DNA from: a virus
Length of the DNA: 64,000 bases
Virus record (IMG/VR): IMGVR_UViG_3300009545_000003
Span: 5,568-69,567 of that record
Direction: 5' to 3' (one strand)
A model generated the notes under the pieces. The model saw only the letters and a list, made by a program, of their open reading frames with translations. It did not search any database and was not told where the DNA came from. Positions 19,688 through 30,428 of this stretch are shown piece by piece; position 1 is the first letter of the stretch; each line of letters begins with the position of its first letter. The translations under genes were made by a program, and so were the position numbers.

Positions 19688-20794
19688 ATGTCAACTGCGA
19701 TAGCATCTTCTAAGATTCCGTTCTTTGGGAGGGCGTGGTCTTTGACCGTTACTCCCAACACGGGTCCTAGTGCAGGAACTCCTATCGTTATCACGAGTGA
19801 CACTTTTGAACCTGAGCCACTACGAATGACTTTCGAGGTAACTCAACTTGCTTTTTCTGCCCTATGGCATGCTGAGATTACTATCTGGAATGCTAACGGT
19901 CCTATTTCATCAGGTCCTTCCAAAGGAATAAATCTGTATCAAGCAATAATTCAAGAAGGAGATATGGTAACTCTGTCAGCAGGTTACCAGTTTGATTACC
20001 CTTATCCTTCTATACCTCCTGTGATATGGAATGGACCGATATTCTTTACCATCCAAGATAGACCTGACGTTGTTGATCAGAGGCTGATTATTCATTGTCT
20101 CTTAAACCGAGCTTTGACTACTCAGAACTTTCTAAATGCCACATTGCCAGCTAGGTCCACTCAATTTAGCCAAGCTCAGTTCATCGCAGAAAATGCCATT
20201 AACAAAATTGGAATCAAACAGTCTCAAATCCAATCCGCTTTTTCTGCAGCTAAACCACAACGAGGATCAGGTAACTTACCAAGAGCGAAGACTTATTTTG
20301 GAAATCCCCACCACTACCTCAATAGATTAGCGGAGCAATCTAATTGTCTTTCTTGGTTTGATGCTACCCACTGGAATGTAGATACTATGCAGCAGCCTAC
20401 AGGACCATTAGTAGGAACCTATGCCCCTGTGATTCCTCTGGGTCCTCCACCTCAAACAGCAGGTAAGACGTCTTTTACTCTTATTGGTCAACCTAGACAG
20501 ACTCAACTTGGTGTTGACTTTAGGATACTCATAGATCCTTTAGTTCAAGTAGTAGCGCCACTAGTCAAAGTCGGACTGGCCATGCAATATATACGTCAAG
20601 CTCCAATTGCTCCTAATCCGAGAGGATCATTTCCTCCTCTACCTCTAGTAGACCAATACGTCGTTGTTGGAGTCTGTATTAGAGGAGACACTAGAGGTAA
20701 TGAGTGGTATACGGATATTACTGGAGTAGCACAGATTCTTACTGCTATTCAACTTCTTGGTCAGAGTGGACAGTCCGACCCGACAGGAAACTAA
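19688..20794 (+). CDS. baseplate hub protein
   Basis: FGRAWSL, AEITIWN, LSAGY and GDTRGNEWYT motifs. Confidence 0.8.
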   Translation: MSTAIASSKIPFFGRAWSLTVTPNTGPSAGTPIVITSDTFEPEPLRMTFEVTQLAFSALWHAEITIWNANGPISSGPSKGINLYQAIIQEGDMVTLSAGYQFDYPYPSIPPVIWNGPIFFTIQDRPDVVDQRLIIHCLLNRALTTQNFLNATLPARSTQFSQAQFIAENAINKIGIKQSQIQSAFSAAKPQRGSGNLPRAKTYFGNPHHYLNRLAEQSNCLSWFDATHWNVDTMQQPTGPLVGTYAPVIPLGPPPQTAGKTSFTLIGQPRQTQLGVDFRILIDPLVQVVAPLVKVGLAMQYIRQAPIAPNPRGSFPPLPLVDQYVVVGVCIRGDTRGNEWYTDITGVAQILTAIQLLGQSGQSDPTGN

Positions 20795-20796
20795 AA

Positions 20797-21507
20797 ATGC
20801 TTTCAATTCAAGAGAGACTAGGTCTATCGACAGAAGCAATTGAAGGAGCTTTGTGGCAATGGGCTTGTATGCTTCGAACGGCAATACCTGCGTACGTAGT
20901 CTCTTTTGATCCTGTGGCTCAAACTGTTACTGTTCAAATCGCTATCAAAGAAATTGTTCTTAAGCCGCCTCCGTCAACTAGGGCTACTCCTAGTCCAGGA
21001 GTAACTCAAAATATTCCAACAGATGAGTCTATAGACAAATTAGAAGATGTCCCAATTATGATGATGAGAGTTCCTGGATGGTCTCTTACTTTTCCTATAG
21101 TCGAAGGAACTGAATGTCTTCTAATTTTCTCTGATATGTGTATAGACGGGTGGTGGCAAAATGGAGGTTTACAGCCTCAAGCTGATCGTCGTCGCCATGA
21201 TCTTTCTGATGCGATGGCTTTATTTGGCCCCTGGTCTCAGCCTAACAATATTCCTAACTATTCAACATCTTCTGTCCAGCTTAGGTCAGATGATCTTACT
21301 GTGGTGGTCGATCTCAGTCCTTCTAAGATTTCTATCACTGCTCCTGCAATTGATCTTGTTTCAACCGGAGATATAGACATTCATGGTAAGAAAGTAACTA
21401 TCACTAGTGATGATGACAACACCACTATTGACGGTAAAGTCTTCTTACTACATACCCACTCAGGAGTAGCAACGGGTGGAAGTGATTCAGGACCGGTGAC
21501 ACCATAA
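20797..21507 (+). CDS. baseplate spike (gp138/gpV-like)
   Basis: P.YVVSFD, FP...G.ECLLIFSD..ID.WW, RRHDLSDA and terminal HTHSGV metal motif. Confidence 0.88.
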   Translation: MLSIQERLGLSTEAIEGALWQWACMLRTAIPAYVVSFDPVAQTVTVQIAIKEIVLKPPPSTRATPSPGVTQNIPTDESIDKLEDVPIMMMRVPGWSLTFPIVEGTECLLIFSDMCIDGWWQNGGLQPQADRRRHDLSDAMALFGPWSQPNNIPNYSTSSVQLRSDDLTVVVDLSPSKISITAPAIDLVSTGDIDIHGKKVTITSDDDNTTIDGKVFLLHTHSGVATGGSDSGPVTP

Positions 21508-21905
21508 TGGCAACTATCACAGTTAGGGCTTTAGACCCTGTCACGTGGGAACCACTTCAAGGAAATGGTCAAGATAGCTTTATATCTGATCTTCAGGCTG
21601 TAACTCAGATAATAGCTACTCGACTTAAACTATTTCAAGGTGAGTGGTTTCTAGATCTTTTAGATGGTTTACCTCTTTTTAACAGAATCCTCGGGTCTTC
21701 TGGTAGTGTAGTTAACCTTAAAGTCGTGGTGAATCTGATTTCGCAAAGAGTTAAGTTGTCACCATTCGTTACTTTAGTCACCAATGTAAAGGCTAGCTAC
21801 CAAAACAGAAGTTTTAAATTCTCAGCGGAAGCTGTTACTCCTTTTGGTACTGTCTACATTGTTAGTTCACCTGGCTCATCAGCCTCTCTCACAGTTTCTA
21901 ATTAG
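21507..21905 (+). CDS. baseplate wedge subunit (gpW/gp25-like)
   Basis: AV.Q.I.TRL.LFQGEWFLD...GLP. Confidence 0.8.
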   Translation: MATITVRALDPVTWEPLQGNGQDSFISDLQAVTQIIATRLKLFQGEWFLDLLDGLPLFNRILGSSGSVVNLKVVVNLISQRVKLSPFVTLVTNVKASYQNRSFKFSAEAVTPFGTVYIVSSPGSSASLTVSN

Positions 21906-21913
21906 AGGGTTAA

Positions 21914-23113
21914 ATGGCATACTTCGCACCGAAGGTAACAGCTGCTGGTCTGTCAGTACCTGTGTTTAGTGACGTCCAGCAAGTTTTGATAGATGCCTAT
22001 CGTGCTTGCTATGGAGCCACTACGTATCTAGGAAATGATTCTGCTGATTATCAGTGGATTACTGCTCTGACTCTTAAGATCAACGACAATATGGGGCTAT
22101 GTCAATTAGCCTATAATCAGAGATCTCCATTAACAGCCATCGGATCGGGTTTGGACAGTATCATTAAGTTGAATGGAATAGCTAGAAAAACTCCTTCTTT
22201 TTCTACGGCTATTTTAGTTCTGTCTGGAATCCCAGGAACTACGGTACTTAACGCTTTAGTAGCTGATGTTAATGGAATTCTGTGGTCTCTTCCAGAAACC
22301 GTTACTATTGGACTCAGTGGCACCGTTGGAGCTATCGGAACTGCACAACAAAGTGGAGCTATAAGTGCGGCTCCTAATACGATTAAGTTCCCTGTCGGTG
22401 GATTCACAGGTGGATGGACAGGAGTAACTAATCCAACAGACGCTATTCCAGGAAATATTCCAGAAGCAGATTCTCAACTAAGATCTAGGCAGGCTATTTC
22501 GGTAGCATTGCCTTCATTGACTAGATTGGCTGGCACTATAGGAGATCTTCTTCAGGTCCCTGGCGTTACGAGAATCAATGTAATTGAGAATCAAACTAAT
22601 GTCACTGACGTGTTTGGAAACACAGGACACTCAATTACTTGTGTAGTTGAAGGTGGAACTGATCTTGCTGTAGCTACCTCTATATATAACAACAAAGGTA
22701 TTGGCTGCAATACAGATGCGGCTACTGCTACGGCGATGCTGACCGTAAATGTTACTGATCCTAATTCAGGTAACATTACGCCAATAAGTTTCATCAGACC
22801 AAGTTATGTCGCTATCTACATAAGTCTTTCAGTTCATGGACTTACTTCAGCCTTTAATTCTGCGATGCAAGATGACATCGTAAGCGCTCTTTCAACCTAT
22901 TTGAATGGCCTTAAAATTGGAGAAGCTGTTATCTTCAATGCTCTTATGGCTGTTGCAATGTCTGTGAATAAGAGTCTTTTAGCTCCAGATTATAAGGTCA
23001 CAGTTATGACTACTGGAGTAGCTCCTAGTCCAGTAGGAACAACTGATATTGTTCTTAACTTCTGGGAAGTAGCTCAAGGAATCCCAGCTAACGTAATCAT
23101 TACGGTGGTGTAG
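21914..23113 (+). CDS. baseplate J-like protein
   Basis: A.G.GLD...NGI.RK, EADSQLRSR and VVEGG motifs. Confidence 0.9.
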   Translation: MAYFAPKVTAAGLSVPVFSDVQQVLIDAYRACYGATTYLGNDSADYQWITALTLKINDNMGLCQLAYNQRSPLTAIGSGLDSIIKLNGIARKTPSFSTAILVLSGIPGTTVLNALVADVNGILWSLPETVTIGLSGTVGAIGTAQQSGAISAAPNTIKFPVGGFTGGWTGVTNPTDAIPGNIPEADSQLRSRQAISVALPSLTRLAGTIGDLLQVPGVTRINVIENQTNVTDVFGNTGHSITCVVEGGTDLAVATSIYNNKGIGCNTDAATATAMLTVNVTDPNSGNITPISFIRPSYVAIYISLSVHGLTSAFNSAMQDDIVSALSTYLNGLKIGEAVIFNALMAVAMSVNKSLLAPDYKVTVMTTGVAPSPVGTTDIVLNFWEVAQGIPANVIITVV

Positions 23114-23114
23114 T

Positions 23115-23699
23115 GTGAGTACAACACCAGTTCAAATTCTTCCTGTGAGCTATTACTTAGATTTACTTACTTCTGAGTATAGTTCTGCTGATGTTTTTAA
23201 ACAGTGGCTTCAAACACCGCTGAACATCTTGAATGATATTTCTAACTGCCTAGTAGACATCGAAGGCGCTTTTGATCTTGATGTAGCTGTCGGTGTTCAA
23301 TTAGATGTTTTAGGCCAGATAGTCGGTGTCTCTAGAGTAGTTCCATTTCAGCCTAGCTTTAGTATTAGTCCTATTCTAGATGACGTTACATATAGACTTC
23401 TGATCAGAGCTACCATAGCAAATAATCAATGGGATGGAAAAATCGGAAGTCTCTATCCTCTTTGGTCCCAACTATTTGCTGGCGGTTACATCATCATTCA
23501 AGACAATCAGAACATGAGCGCTAACATTATTCTCACAGGAACTTTTACTTCAATAATTCAAGACTTGATCACAAATGACATGATTGTTCCTAGGCCTGAA
23601 GGAGTCAAGTATAATTACTTCGTTGGCGGCCTTCCGTTCTTCGGATTCGACAGAGACGATGCGTTCGTCGCCGGTTGGGATACTGGCAAGTGGAGCTAA
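23115..23699 (+). CDS. baseplate wedge protein (DUF2612-like)
   Basis: FDLDVAVGVQLDVLG.IVGVSR, PRPEGV and FGFD motifs. Confidence 0.85.
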   Translation: MSTTPVQILPVSYYLDLLTSEYSSADVFKQWLQTPLNILNDISNCLVDIEGAFDLDVAVGVQLDVLGQIVGVSRVVPFQPSFSISPILDDVTYRLLIRATIANNQWDGKIGSLYPLWSQLFAGGYIIIQDNQNMSANIILTGTFTSIIQDLITNDMIVPRPEGVKYNYFVGGLPFFGFDRDDAFVAGWDTGKWS

Positions 23700-23702
23700 G
23701 AG

Positions 23703-24722
23703 ATGCCTGGAACTAATAATTTTCTACAGTGGAATCCTTCTCAGACTAATCAGGAGAATGACGCTGCTTACTTGGCCGACGCTCAAAGAGTTGGTGGAGC
23801 TCCGACAGGAAACGTATTTCCTTCTTTAACTGGAAATAAGTTGTTCTACCAAGTAAGTACTTTTGTAGCGGCTTTTGCTCAGATGATGGCTACAAAAAAC
23901 TATAACATGCAAGATGGGAATTTGTCTACTTTGGCAAGTATTTTATCTGCTGTTCTAACTAATAATGATCTCAGGGCTGAGATACAATTTGTAACATGGT
24001 CTTCGACTGTTAATCTGGATTGTTCTAAGTACAATGGTTTCGAAATTCCTTTAAATGGAAACACTGTACTTAACATATCTGGTTTTGTTCCAGGACAATT
24101 TATTAGATTTATTTTTGCCCAAGACGCTACTGGAGGAAGAACTGTTACTTTCCCAGGTACTTGGTCTGGATCTTGGCAACCTGATCCTACTCCTAATTCT
24201 ATAAGTGACTATACAGTAGAAGTAGATGCTTCAGGAACTTCATTCTTTCCAATGTCTCCTGTGGTAAGTGACATTGGTATTATTAGTACCCCTATTAATC
24301 AAAGAGGCACTCCAGCTGCCGCTAGGTTTCCTACTGTTTCTGTAGGAGATAATAGTACCTCAGCAGCTACAACCGCATGGGTAAGAGCCTTTCTAAGTAG
24401 TCTAGGAATTGCTTTTAGTTTAGGATCTACTTCTGGCTATATTAAATTTGGATCTCTGTTCGGAAATGCAATTCTTCAGTACGTAACAGGATCTTCTCAA
24501 AGTGTCTCTCCCGGTCCTTTTACAGTTAACTTCGCAATTCCATTTCCAACGAGTTGTTTGTCCGCTAATGTAGGAACATTGTCATCTTCAACAGATGATA
24601 CTAAGATGCCAATCTTTACTCTCATTTCTAAGAGTACTACTGGCGTTTCAGTTGCTATGCAGAGAGTTCCTGATCATGGTTATGATCCAGCTAGTCCAGT
24701 AGTCTGGGCTTTAGGTAACTAA
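23703..24722 (+). CDS. tail fibre protein
   Basis: Myovirus fibre N-terminus, AATTAWV repeat, C-terminal F.IPFP...WALG motif. Confidence 0.8.
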   Translation: MPGTNNFLQWNPSQTNQENDAAYLADAQRVGGAPTGNVFPSLTGNKLFYQVSTFVAAFAQMMATKNYNMQDGNLSTLASILSAVLTNNDLRAEIQFVTWSSTVNLDCSKYNGFEIPLNGNTVLNISGFVPGQFIRFIFAQDATGGRTVTFPGTWSGSWQPDPTPNSISDYTVEVDASGTSFFPMSPVVSDIGIISTPINQRGTPAAARFPTVSVGDNSTSAATTAWVRAFLSSLGIAFSLGSTSGYIKFGSLFGNAILQYVTGSSQSVSPGPFTVNFAIPFPTSCLSANVGTLSSSTDDTKMPIFTLISKSTTGVSVAMQRVPDHGYDPASPVVWALGN

Positions 24723-24733
24723 GGAGAAATCGC

Positions 24734-27700
24734 TTGAAAAAGATAAGTTTGCTGCTTCTACTCATGTTTACAATTTCCCTTAGTGCTCAGACAATTACTA
24801 CTCCAAATGTAGGTTTAGAACTACCGGCTGCTGGGTCAACTAATTGGAATCTACCTCTTAACTACAACTTTAATCTTCTTGATCAGTTACTTGGTGGGTT
24901 AAAGACTTCTGGACTTAAGTTAGCGTATCAGCCTATTTTGTCTCTAGGTTCACCTAGTGCTATCTGCAACGCTAACAATAAAGGTCAGATGGACTTTGAC
25001 ACTACTACATCTCCTTGGACTCAGTATGCTTGTGATGGCATTAGTTCTTGGCATGCAGTTGGCGGTAGTGGTGGGGGAGGTGGAGGAGCTACTTTTCCAA
25101 CCTTACCTGGTATTGTTTGGAATACCACAACTCTAGCCTCCAGGAACGCCGTTTTTGGTGATATAGTTGGGTTATGGGGTAGTTGCACTGGATACCTTAA
25201 ATCTGATGGAACATGTTCTATTCCATCACCTGGTACATCAGGCACAGTAACACCTGACAGTAAGTACAACCGCGGAAACGGAATGTACTTAGTTGGTGAT
25301 TCTACCTCTATCGGTGGTGTTATTACTCTTTCAGGAGCCCCTGTTAATGGCACTGGAAGTTTTGACTGTCCTGGCCCGGCGAACGCAAACTGGGGTCAAA
25401 CATCTCTTCGTCTTGACGTCACTCCTTATCAATATTTTAATTGTGACAAGACAACTTCGACTTGGAAAGAAGGAACACCTCTCAACTCTACGGTCGAAAT
25501 GATCTTTGCAAATTTCAATCAGCAAAGCACACAACCGTTGAGCACGGGTGACTATCCGTACCCTGGCACTCGCTACTCAAATAGCGGCGGCATTCCTAAC
25601 TCTGGTAATGCTGCTTGTCTAGATGTGTATAACACGCAACTCTATGCGTGGGAAGACCCTGCTGATAATCGTCAGAACACCTACTTTCTTAACTGCGGAA
25701 TTGGCGACTGGCTTAACTGGGCTCACTCGATTGGATGGGGGACGATTGCCGATGGGCCTTCAACCATTGTCGGCACAATCAGAGCGGCTGTATCTTATGC
25801 TGGCACGCCTCGATCTGGCCGCATTCCTGCGCAATCTACATCATCGGTAACGACGTCAGGTACGTGGACAAATTTTGATCCTACCAATTCGTCAACGACT
25901 GTGAGCGGAACATGGGCAAGCGGTGCTGCGTCTGGCTCGATTACCACACCGGGCAGCATAGCGCATTACTGGCGCGTGTCGGACACCACAAACCCAAACT
26001 CGATACCGTCTGGAACATACGTCACTGTCATCACAGGCAGCGCGGTTACATTGTCAGCGTCTACAACGGCTGCTATCACTGGCGACACGTTGCTATTCTG
26101 GAACCCGTCTATCGCGCCGTTTCGTGCAGGCTACGCCAAGTGCGGCACGTCTGGCGCCGTGATGGAGTTCACTACTATGCCTGCATCGGGTGCACTCGAC
26201 TTTACGTACCTTATAGACGGCACACCGGGCACGGCAACAGCCAATATATCTATTGATGGTGTGGCGGCTGGATCAGTTAGTAGCGGTGACGGCGGCGCGT
26301 TCAGCACCGTGCACTATGCGCAGGCATGGTGGGCTAAGAGGTTCCTGCTAGTTGGTACCGCTCAGCACAAGTTTGACGTGACTGTTACATCGGGTTCATT
26401 CTGTCCAATCGAAGTGACTACCCCTAAGCCGATCGGTTGGGATGGTATGTCGCAACCCAAAGTTGTGCAAAGTATTATGCCGCCTGCGGGTGATGGGTAC
26501 AACGGTCTCGACAACTTAATATCTGAAGCACAAGTTTCTATCATTAACGAACTGAAAGGTGACGGATACAACATTAGTGCGGCTGATCTCTGGGGCGGGT
26601 GGCCTGAGTCAAAAGGTAATCTCACACCGGGCTTTGGTTTTCCGTTCTGCGTACACCATGCGTGCGTTTACAAGAACGGCATCGATGGTGTGTATGAGTC
26701 GTCGCCGCACTTCAACGTTGCTGGCAACACACTCAACGCATACACGAATCTGCAAGCAGCAGATCGTATACCTAACCCTGCGCCAAACTTGCTGCCGGGC
26801 ACGTCTGGCTTGCTCACTGTAGACAAGACACAGAGCGCGGCGATTACAGATGTTGATGCAACAAAGGTCGATGTACTCACAAATTCAAATACACATTCTA
26901 CGGGACCGCAAAATGTTCTCACTGGTGGGTACCTTAAAGTTGGTGAGAGGTATTATGCCGTGGGCAATCCAAACTCAAACATCATCACTAACAGTGGTAC
27001 GTTCACTGGTGGTTCTGCGGCCATATCTGTAACGGCAGGGCGTTCACTTATCGTCATCATGGACAACGCCTCTGTCGCCACTCTGTCTGGTGGTGAAGCA
27101 ACCATCAACAAAACACTCGGCACAGGTGGAGGATTCACAGTCTCTGGTACAGCAATCAAGAACGTGGTGGGCGGTACCGAGACGCTTACAATTTCACCAG
27201 CGGCAAGCACTACAACTTGGATTGAGTTCTCGAATCTAAACCAGACGACACCGTTCGAAGCTTCGACAGCGTTTGGCGTACTGCCTCAGTTCATAATTTT
27301 TCAGAAGCAGACTGAGAACATGCTGATCACAGCACCGGGAGATTTACTGATCAGCTTCAGTACACAAGGTTGCACCAATTTGAGCAACGCAACATCGACT
27401 CCACCGTGGACCGCACCAGACGGTATGACCACGTTTGTGCCTAGCGCTGGCAGTCTCACCGGTATGCGTGTGTGGACCGGAGTAACACCCCCACTGGGCT
27501 CAGTGAACTATACGCTTACACCGGGCCGTCATTGTACGTCCATCGATAACGGTGACAGGTACTACGGACTATTTGCGGTGCGCCCCTCATTCGCAGCTAA
27601 TCAGAGTGCACACGTAACTGAGTGGGTCGATGAAAACGGCGTGCTTCAATCATGGGTAGATCGCGCTGGAGCACCGGGCGGAAATCTTGCGGCTGGTGGT

Positions 27701-29359
27701 ACTCCAACAGCTTCACAGATCTCAGGAGCACAATACGCTGCGTCTACAAATACAGCCGATGCCTACTCAGTAACTTTGTCACCAACTATTGCTACTTATG
27801 CTGATGGCTTAACCGTGCGGTTTCTCCCATCTGCAAGTAATACCACGACCACACCCACCATAAACGTCAATGGCATTGGTGCTAGCACCGTAACTCTCAT
27901 GAGTGGCAGTGCCGTTGCCGCTGGTGATCTATCAACATCCGCAGTTGCCTCTGTAGTGAGAAAAGGAACTACTTGGCAGTTGCAAAATCCTCAGGTCAGT
28001 AGTGGCGGTGGTGGGTCTGGAACAGCCGTAAATCACAACGGTGGCTCGACTGAAGCAACGCTCAATATTAGTGGTATGGATGTGCAGGTTTGCTCAGACT
28101 CCAGCGGCAGCGGAACGGCTCAGTCTTGCAACACTTCGAACGTATACACTTTGGCGTCGGGTAATTGCTTCGTATACAAGACGACGACAACGAACAGCGG
28201 CACAGGTCTCACGATCAACCCGAACGGGTCTGGTGCAAAGCCCGTGGCGGTACCGGGGTCGTCTGGTTGGACTACCACTCTTACAGCGTCGTTGATTCCA
28301 ACAGGAAAGCCGTTGCTGACTTGTTATGACGGCACCAATTTGAACATTCAGCAAACTGGTGTCACCACCGCGTCAACGGCAGGCACCGTTCCTTTCGGTA
28401 CAGATACTAGTGGATCAACCACTACTTATGTCATACCTTCCACTTCTCCCACGGTAACTTCGTTGACGAGTGGGCTCACCATTCTGGCAAGATTTGGGGG
28501 CAGAAACACTAGCTCTACTCCAACTCTTAATTTGAATGGTCTTGGTGCGAAAACGATTGTTAAGGGATCTGGTTCTAATACCAGACCGCTCGCTGGTGCC
28601 GATATCAACACCGGCACCACGTATCTTCTTTCTTACGATGCAGGCAGCACGACGTGGCTGCTGATGAACCCGAACACTGCCTCCCTCATTTACAACGACA
28701 TCACGAACAGTTCGTTCCTTAGTGCTGGAGTGAGTACGGTATGCGGCTCGACCACGATCTTCAGTCCGTCTGCGAGTTGCTTCAATCAAGACGATGTGTC
28801 CGGTGTATTCGCACTCGGTAACGCTGGCGGCGGTCTCAATGTCGTGCATGGATATCAGGCTATGCGCAACAGTAACGGCTCCGCGCTTCAAACCGTAGCG
28901 TATGGTGCTTTTGCGGGCCTCAACAACAACTCCAATAACTCTGGTTACTTTGGAATCTCGGCTGGCTCTAACTCTGTTACGCAGTCGAACCAGTGGATGT
29001 GGGGCAATGGTGTAACGGACAACTGCTCAAATTGTCAGGATTTCGGCAACTCGGCGATCACGATTACCAAGATGGCAGGAACTGATGCGAAGCCGACTCA
29101 AACGGCGATTGCTTCTGCTACGACGATTGCCCCAACTTCGCCCGTCTTCCATGTGACCGGCACGGCGACAGTTAGCACGATCACGCCACCAACCGGGTGC
29201 ACCGCAGCCGGTTGGTCCTGCAAGATCATGATCATTCCCGATGGCGCATTCCTTACCGCGACAGGCGGGAACATAGCGTTAGCTACGACCGCCGTCGTGA
29301 ATCGAGTGTTGGAGATGATCTATGATCCCGGAACAAGCCTTTGGTACCCGAGTTACTAG
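24734..29359 (+). CDS. large mosaic fibre/adhesin-like protein with predicted signal peptide and SGNH-like domain
   Basis: TTG start with AAGGAG RBS; MKK + hydrophobic core + SLSA; TPNVGLELP fibre-like motif; VGDS and distal PHFN; three T.TLN.NG.GAK repeats. Confidence 0.7.
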   Translation: MKKISLLLLLMFTISLSAQTITTPNVGLELPAAGSTNWNLPLNYNFNLLDQLLGGLKTSGLKLAYQPILSLGSPSAICNANNKGQMDFDTTTSPWTQYACDGISSWHAVGGSGGGGGGATFPTLPGIVWNTTTLASRNAVFGDIVGLWGSCTGYLKSDGTCSIPSPGTSGTVTPDSKYNRGNGMYLVGDSTSIGGVITLSGAPVNGTGSFDCPGPANANWGQTSLRLDVTPYQYFNCDKTTSTWKEGTPLNSTVEMIFANFNQQSTQPLSTGDYPYPGTRYSNSGGIPNSGNAACLDVYNTQLYAWEDPADNRQNTYFLNCGIGDWLNWAHSIGWGTIADGPSTIVGTIRAAVSYAGTPRSGRIPAQSTSSVTTSGTWTNFDPTNSSTTVSGTWASGAASGSITTPGSIAHYWRVSDTTNPNSIPSGTYVTVITGSAVTLSASTTAAITGDTLLFWNPSIAPFRAGYAKCGTSGAVMEFTTMPASGALDFTYLIDGTPGTATANISIDGVAAGSVSSGDGGAFSTVHYAQAWWAKRFLLVGTAQHKFDVTVTSGSFCPIEVTTPKPIGWDGMSQPKVVQSIMPPAGDGYNGLDNLISEAQVSIINELKGDGYNISAADLWGGWPESKGNLTPGFGFPFCVHHACVYKNGIDGVYESSPHFNVAGNTLNAYTNLQAADRIPNPAPNLLPGTSGLLTVDKTQSAAITDVDATKVDVLTNSNTHSTGPQNVLTGGYLKVGERYYAVGNPNSNIITNSGTFTGGSAAISVTAGRSLIVIMDNASVATLSGGEATINKTLGTGGGFTVSGTAIKNVVGGTETLTISPAASTTTWIEFSNLNQTTPFEASTAFGVLPQFIIFQKQTENMLITAPGDLLISFSTQGCTNLSNATSTPPWTAPDGMTTFVPSAGSLTGMRVWTGVTPPLGSVNYTLTPGRHCTSIDNGDRYYGLFAVRPSFAANQSAHVTEWVDENGVLQSWVDRAGAPGGNLAAGGTPTASQISGAQYAASTNTADAYSVTLSPTIATYADGLTVRFLPSASNTTTTPTINVNGIGASTVTLMSGSAVAAGDLSTSAVASVVRKGTTWQLQNPQVSSGGGGSGTAVNHNGGSTEATLNISGMDVQVCSDSSGSGTAQSCNTSNVYTLASGNCFVYKTTTTNSGTGLTINPNGSGAKPVAVPGSSGWTTTLTASLIPTGKPLLTCYDGTNLNIQQTGVTTASTAGTVPFGTDTSGSTTTYVIPSTSPTVTSLTSGLTILARFGGRNTSSTPTLNLNGLGAKTIVKGSGSNTRPLAGADINTGTTYLLSYDAGSTTWLLMNPNTASLIYNDITNSSFLSAGVSTVCGSTTIFSPSASCFNQDDVSGVFALGNAGGGLNVVHGYQAMRNSNGSALQTVAYGAFAGLNNNSNNSGYFGISAGSNSVTQSNQWMWGNGVTDNCSNCQDFGNSAITITKMAGTDAKPTQTAIASATTIAPTSPVFHVTGTATVSTITPPTGCTAAGWSCKIMIIPDGAFLTATGGNIALATTAVVNRVLEMIYDPGTSLWYPSY

Positions 29360-29390
29360 TATGGATTACTTATTTGAGGAGAAAAACTAG

Positions 29391-29930
29391 ATGCCTCATA
29401 GAGATGATATGGATGGATGTTCTGAGCTAGAGGTTCTCCGAGAAGATTTAAGTGAAAAACATCTTCAGAATAGAAAGGACATACACTCTCTCAAAAATAC
29501 CACCCAAGCTCTCATTCTTAAGCAACATGAACTGGAGTTGAAATTGAATCCATTGATTGGTGATGGTCTTAAAATCGGTCTGATAGAAAAATTATCAGAT
29601 CAGATATCGGGCCTTGCCAAAGATGTCCAACGGATAGTCCTGTTAAGAGCCAAAGAAGAAGGAGAAGAGAAAGGACAAGAGGCGGAGAAGCGAAAAACTA
29701 GCAGAGTAACTGATAAGCTCATAGCCTTTGTTGGATTACTTTTAGTATTGGCTCAGGTTTATCTCATGGTAAAGGACTCTAGAAGGCAAGACTCGATAGA
29801 TACTCTAACCACAATCATTCAGCAACAGAACAAGTCAATCAATCAGATCAAAACTCAAGGTACTGAAAATCAGATTCAAAACTATGAGAATCAAGGTGAG
29901 AATCAGCGCAGAAAGGATCATCAGAATTGA
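29391..29930 (+). CDS. membrane-anchored coiled-coil protein (holin/antiholin-like)
   Basis: Single TM LIAFVGLLLVLAQVYLMV; precedes lysin. Confidence 0.5.
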   Translation: MPHRDDMDGCSELEVLREDLSEKHLQNRKDIHSLKNTTQALILKQHELELKLNPLIGDGLKIGLIEKLSDQISGLAKDVQRIVLLRAKEEGEEKGQEAEKRKTSRVTDKLIAFVGLLLVLAQVYLMVKDSRRQDSIDTLTTIIQQQNKSINQIKTQGTENQIQNYENQGENQRRKDHQN

Positions 29931-30418
29931 ATTCCTTTAGCACAGTAGACGTTATAGCCGCATGTCATGAATTTTCTCCTCAATTAAAAGTAGTATCTTC
30001 CCTGGACTCTTTTAAAGTTATGTTGGCTATAGCTGCTGTGGAATCTGGAGGCGCCGATCCTAAATTCGCTGGACACGATTGTGGACCTAGATTCGAACCA
30101 GTCTACTACGTAAATGGCTACTGGTATAACAAAAGTCCTAAAGTACAGGAGGCCGTAGCCAAGTTTGATAGACATGGAGCCTCAAGTTTTGGTCCATGGC
30201 AGATGATGTTCTTTAACTTTTCTCCTACCAGAACTCCTGATGAGTTACTTACTAATCTGGAATCCTGTGCTCAGGATTTTGTAGCCTGGTTTAATGGCTA
30301 TGTATCACATCAACGTCCAATCTCTTTGGATGAAATCGGCGAAATATGGAATGCAGGTCATAAGACTTCAGATATTCCATATACGACGAAACTCACAAAA
30401 GCGTATAATTTAATCTGA
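29927..30418 (+). CDS. endolysin, lysozyme-like/lytic transglycosylase fold
   Basis: IAAVESGG catalytic Glu, SSFGPWQMM and WNAG motifs. Confidence 0.75.
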   Translation: MNSFSTVDVIAACHEFSPQLKVVSSLDSFKVMLAIAAVESGGADPKFAGHDCGPRFEPVYYVNGYWYNKSPKVQEAVAKFDRHGASSFGPWQMMFFNFSPTRTPDELLTNLESCAQDFVAWFNGYVSHQRPISLDEIGEIWNAGHKTSDIPYTTKLTKAYNLI

Positions 30419-30428
30419 AAGAGGTCTT

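Noticed and set aside
25021-28891. Many alternative-frame ORFs inside the large fibre gene
   Set aside because: Explained by GC-richer codon usage reducing off-frame stops; no RBS or motifs
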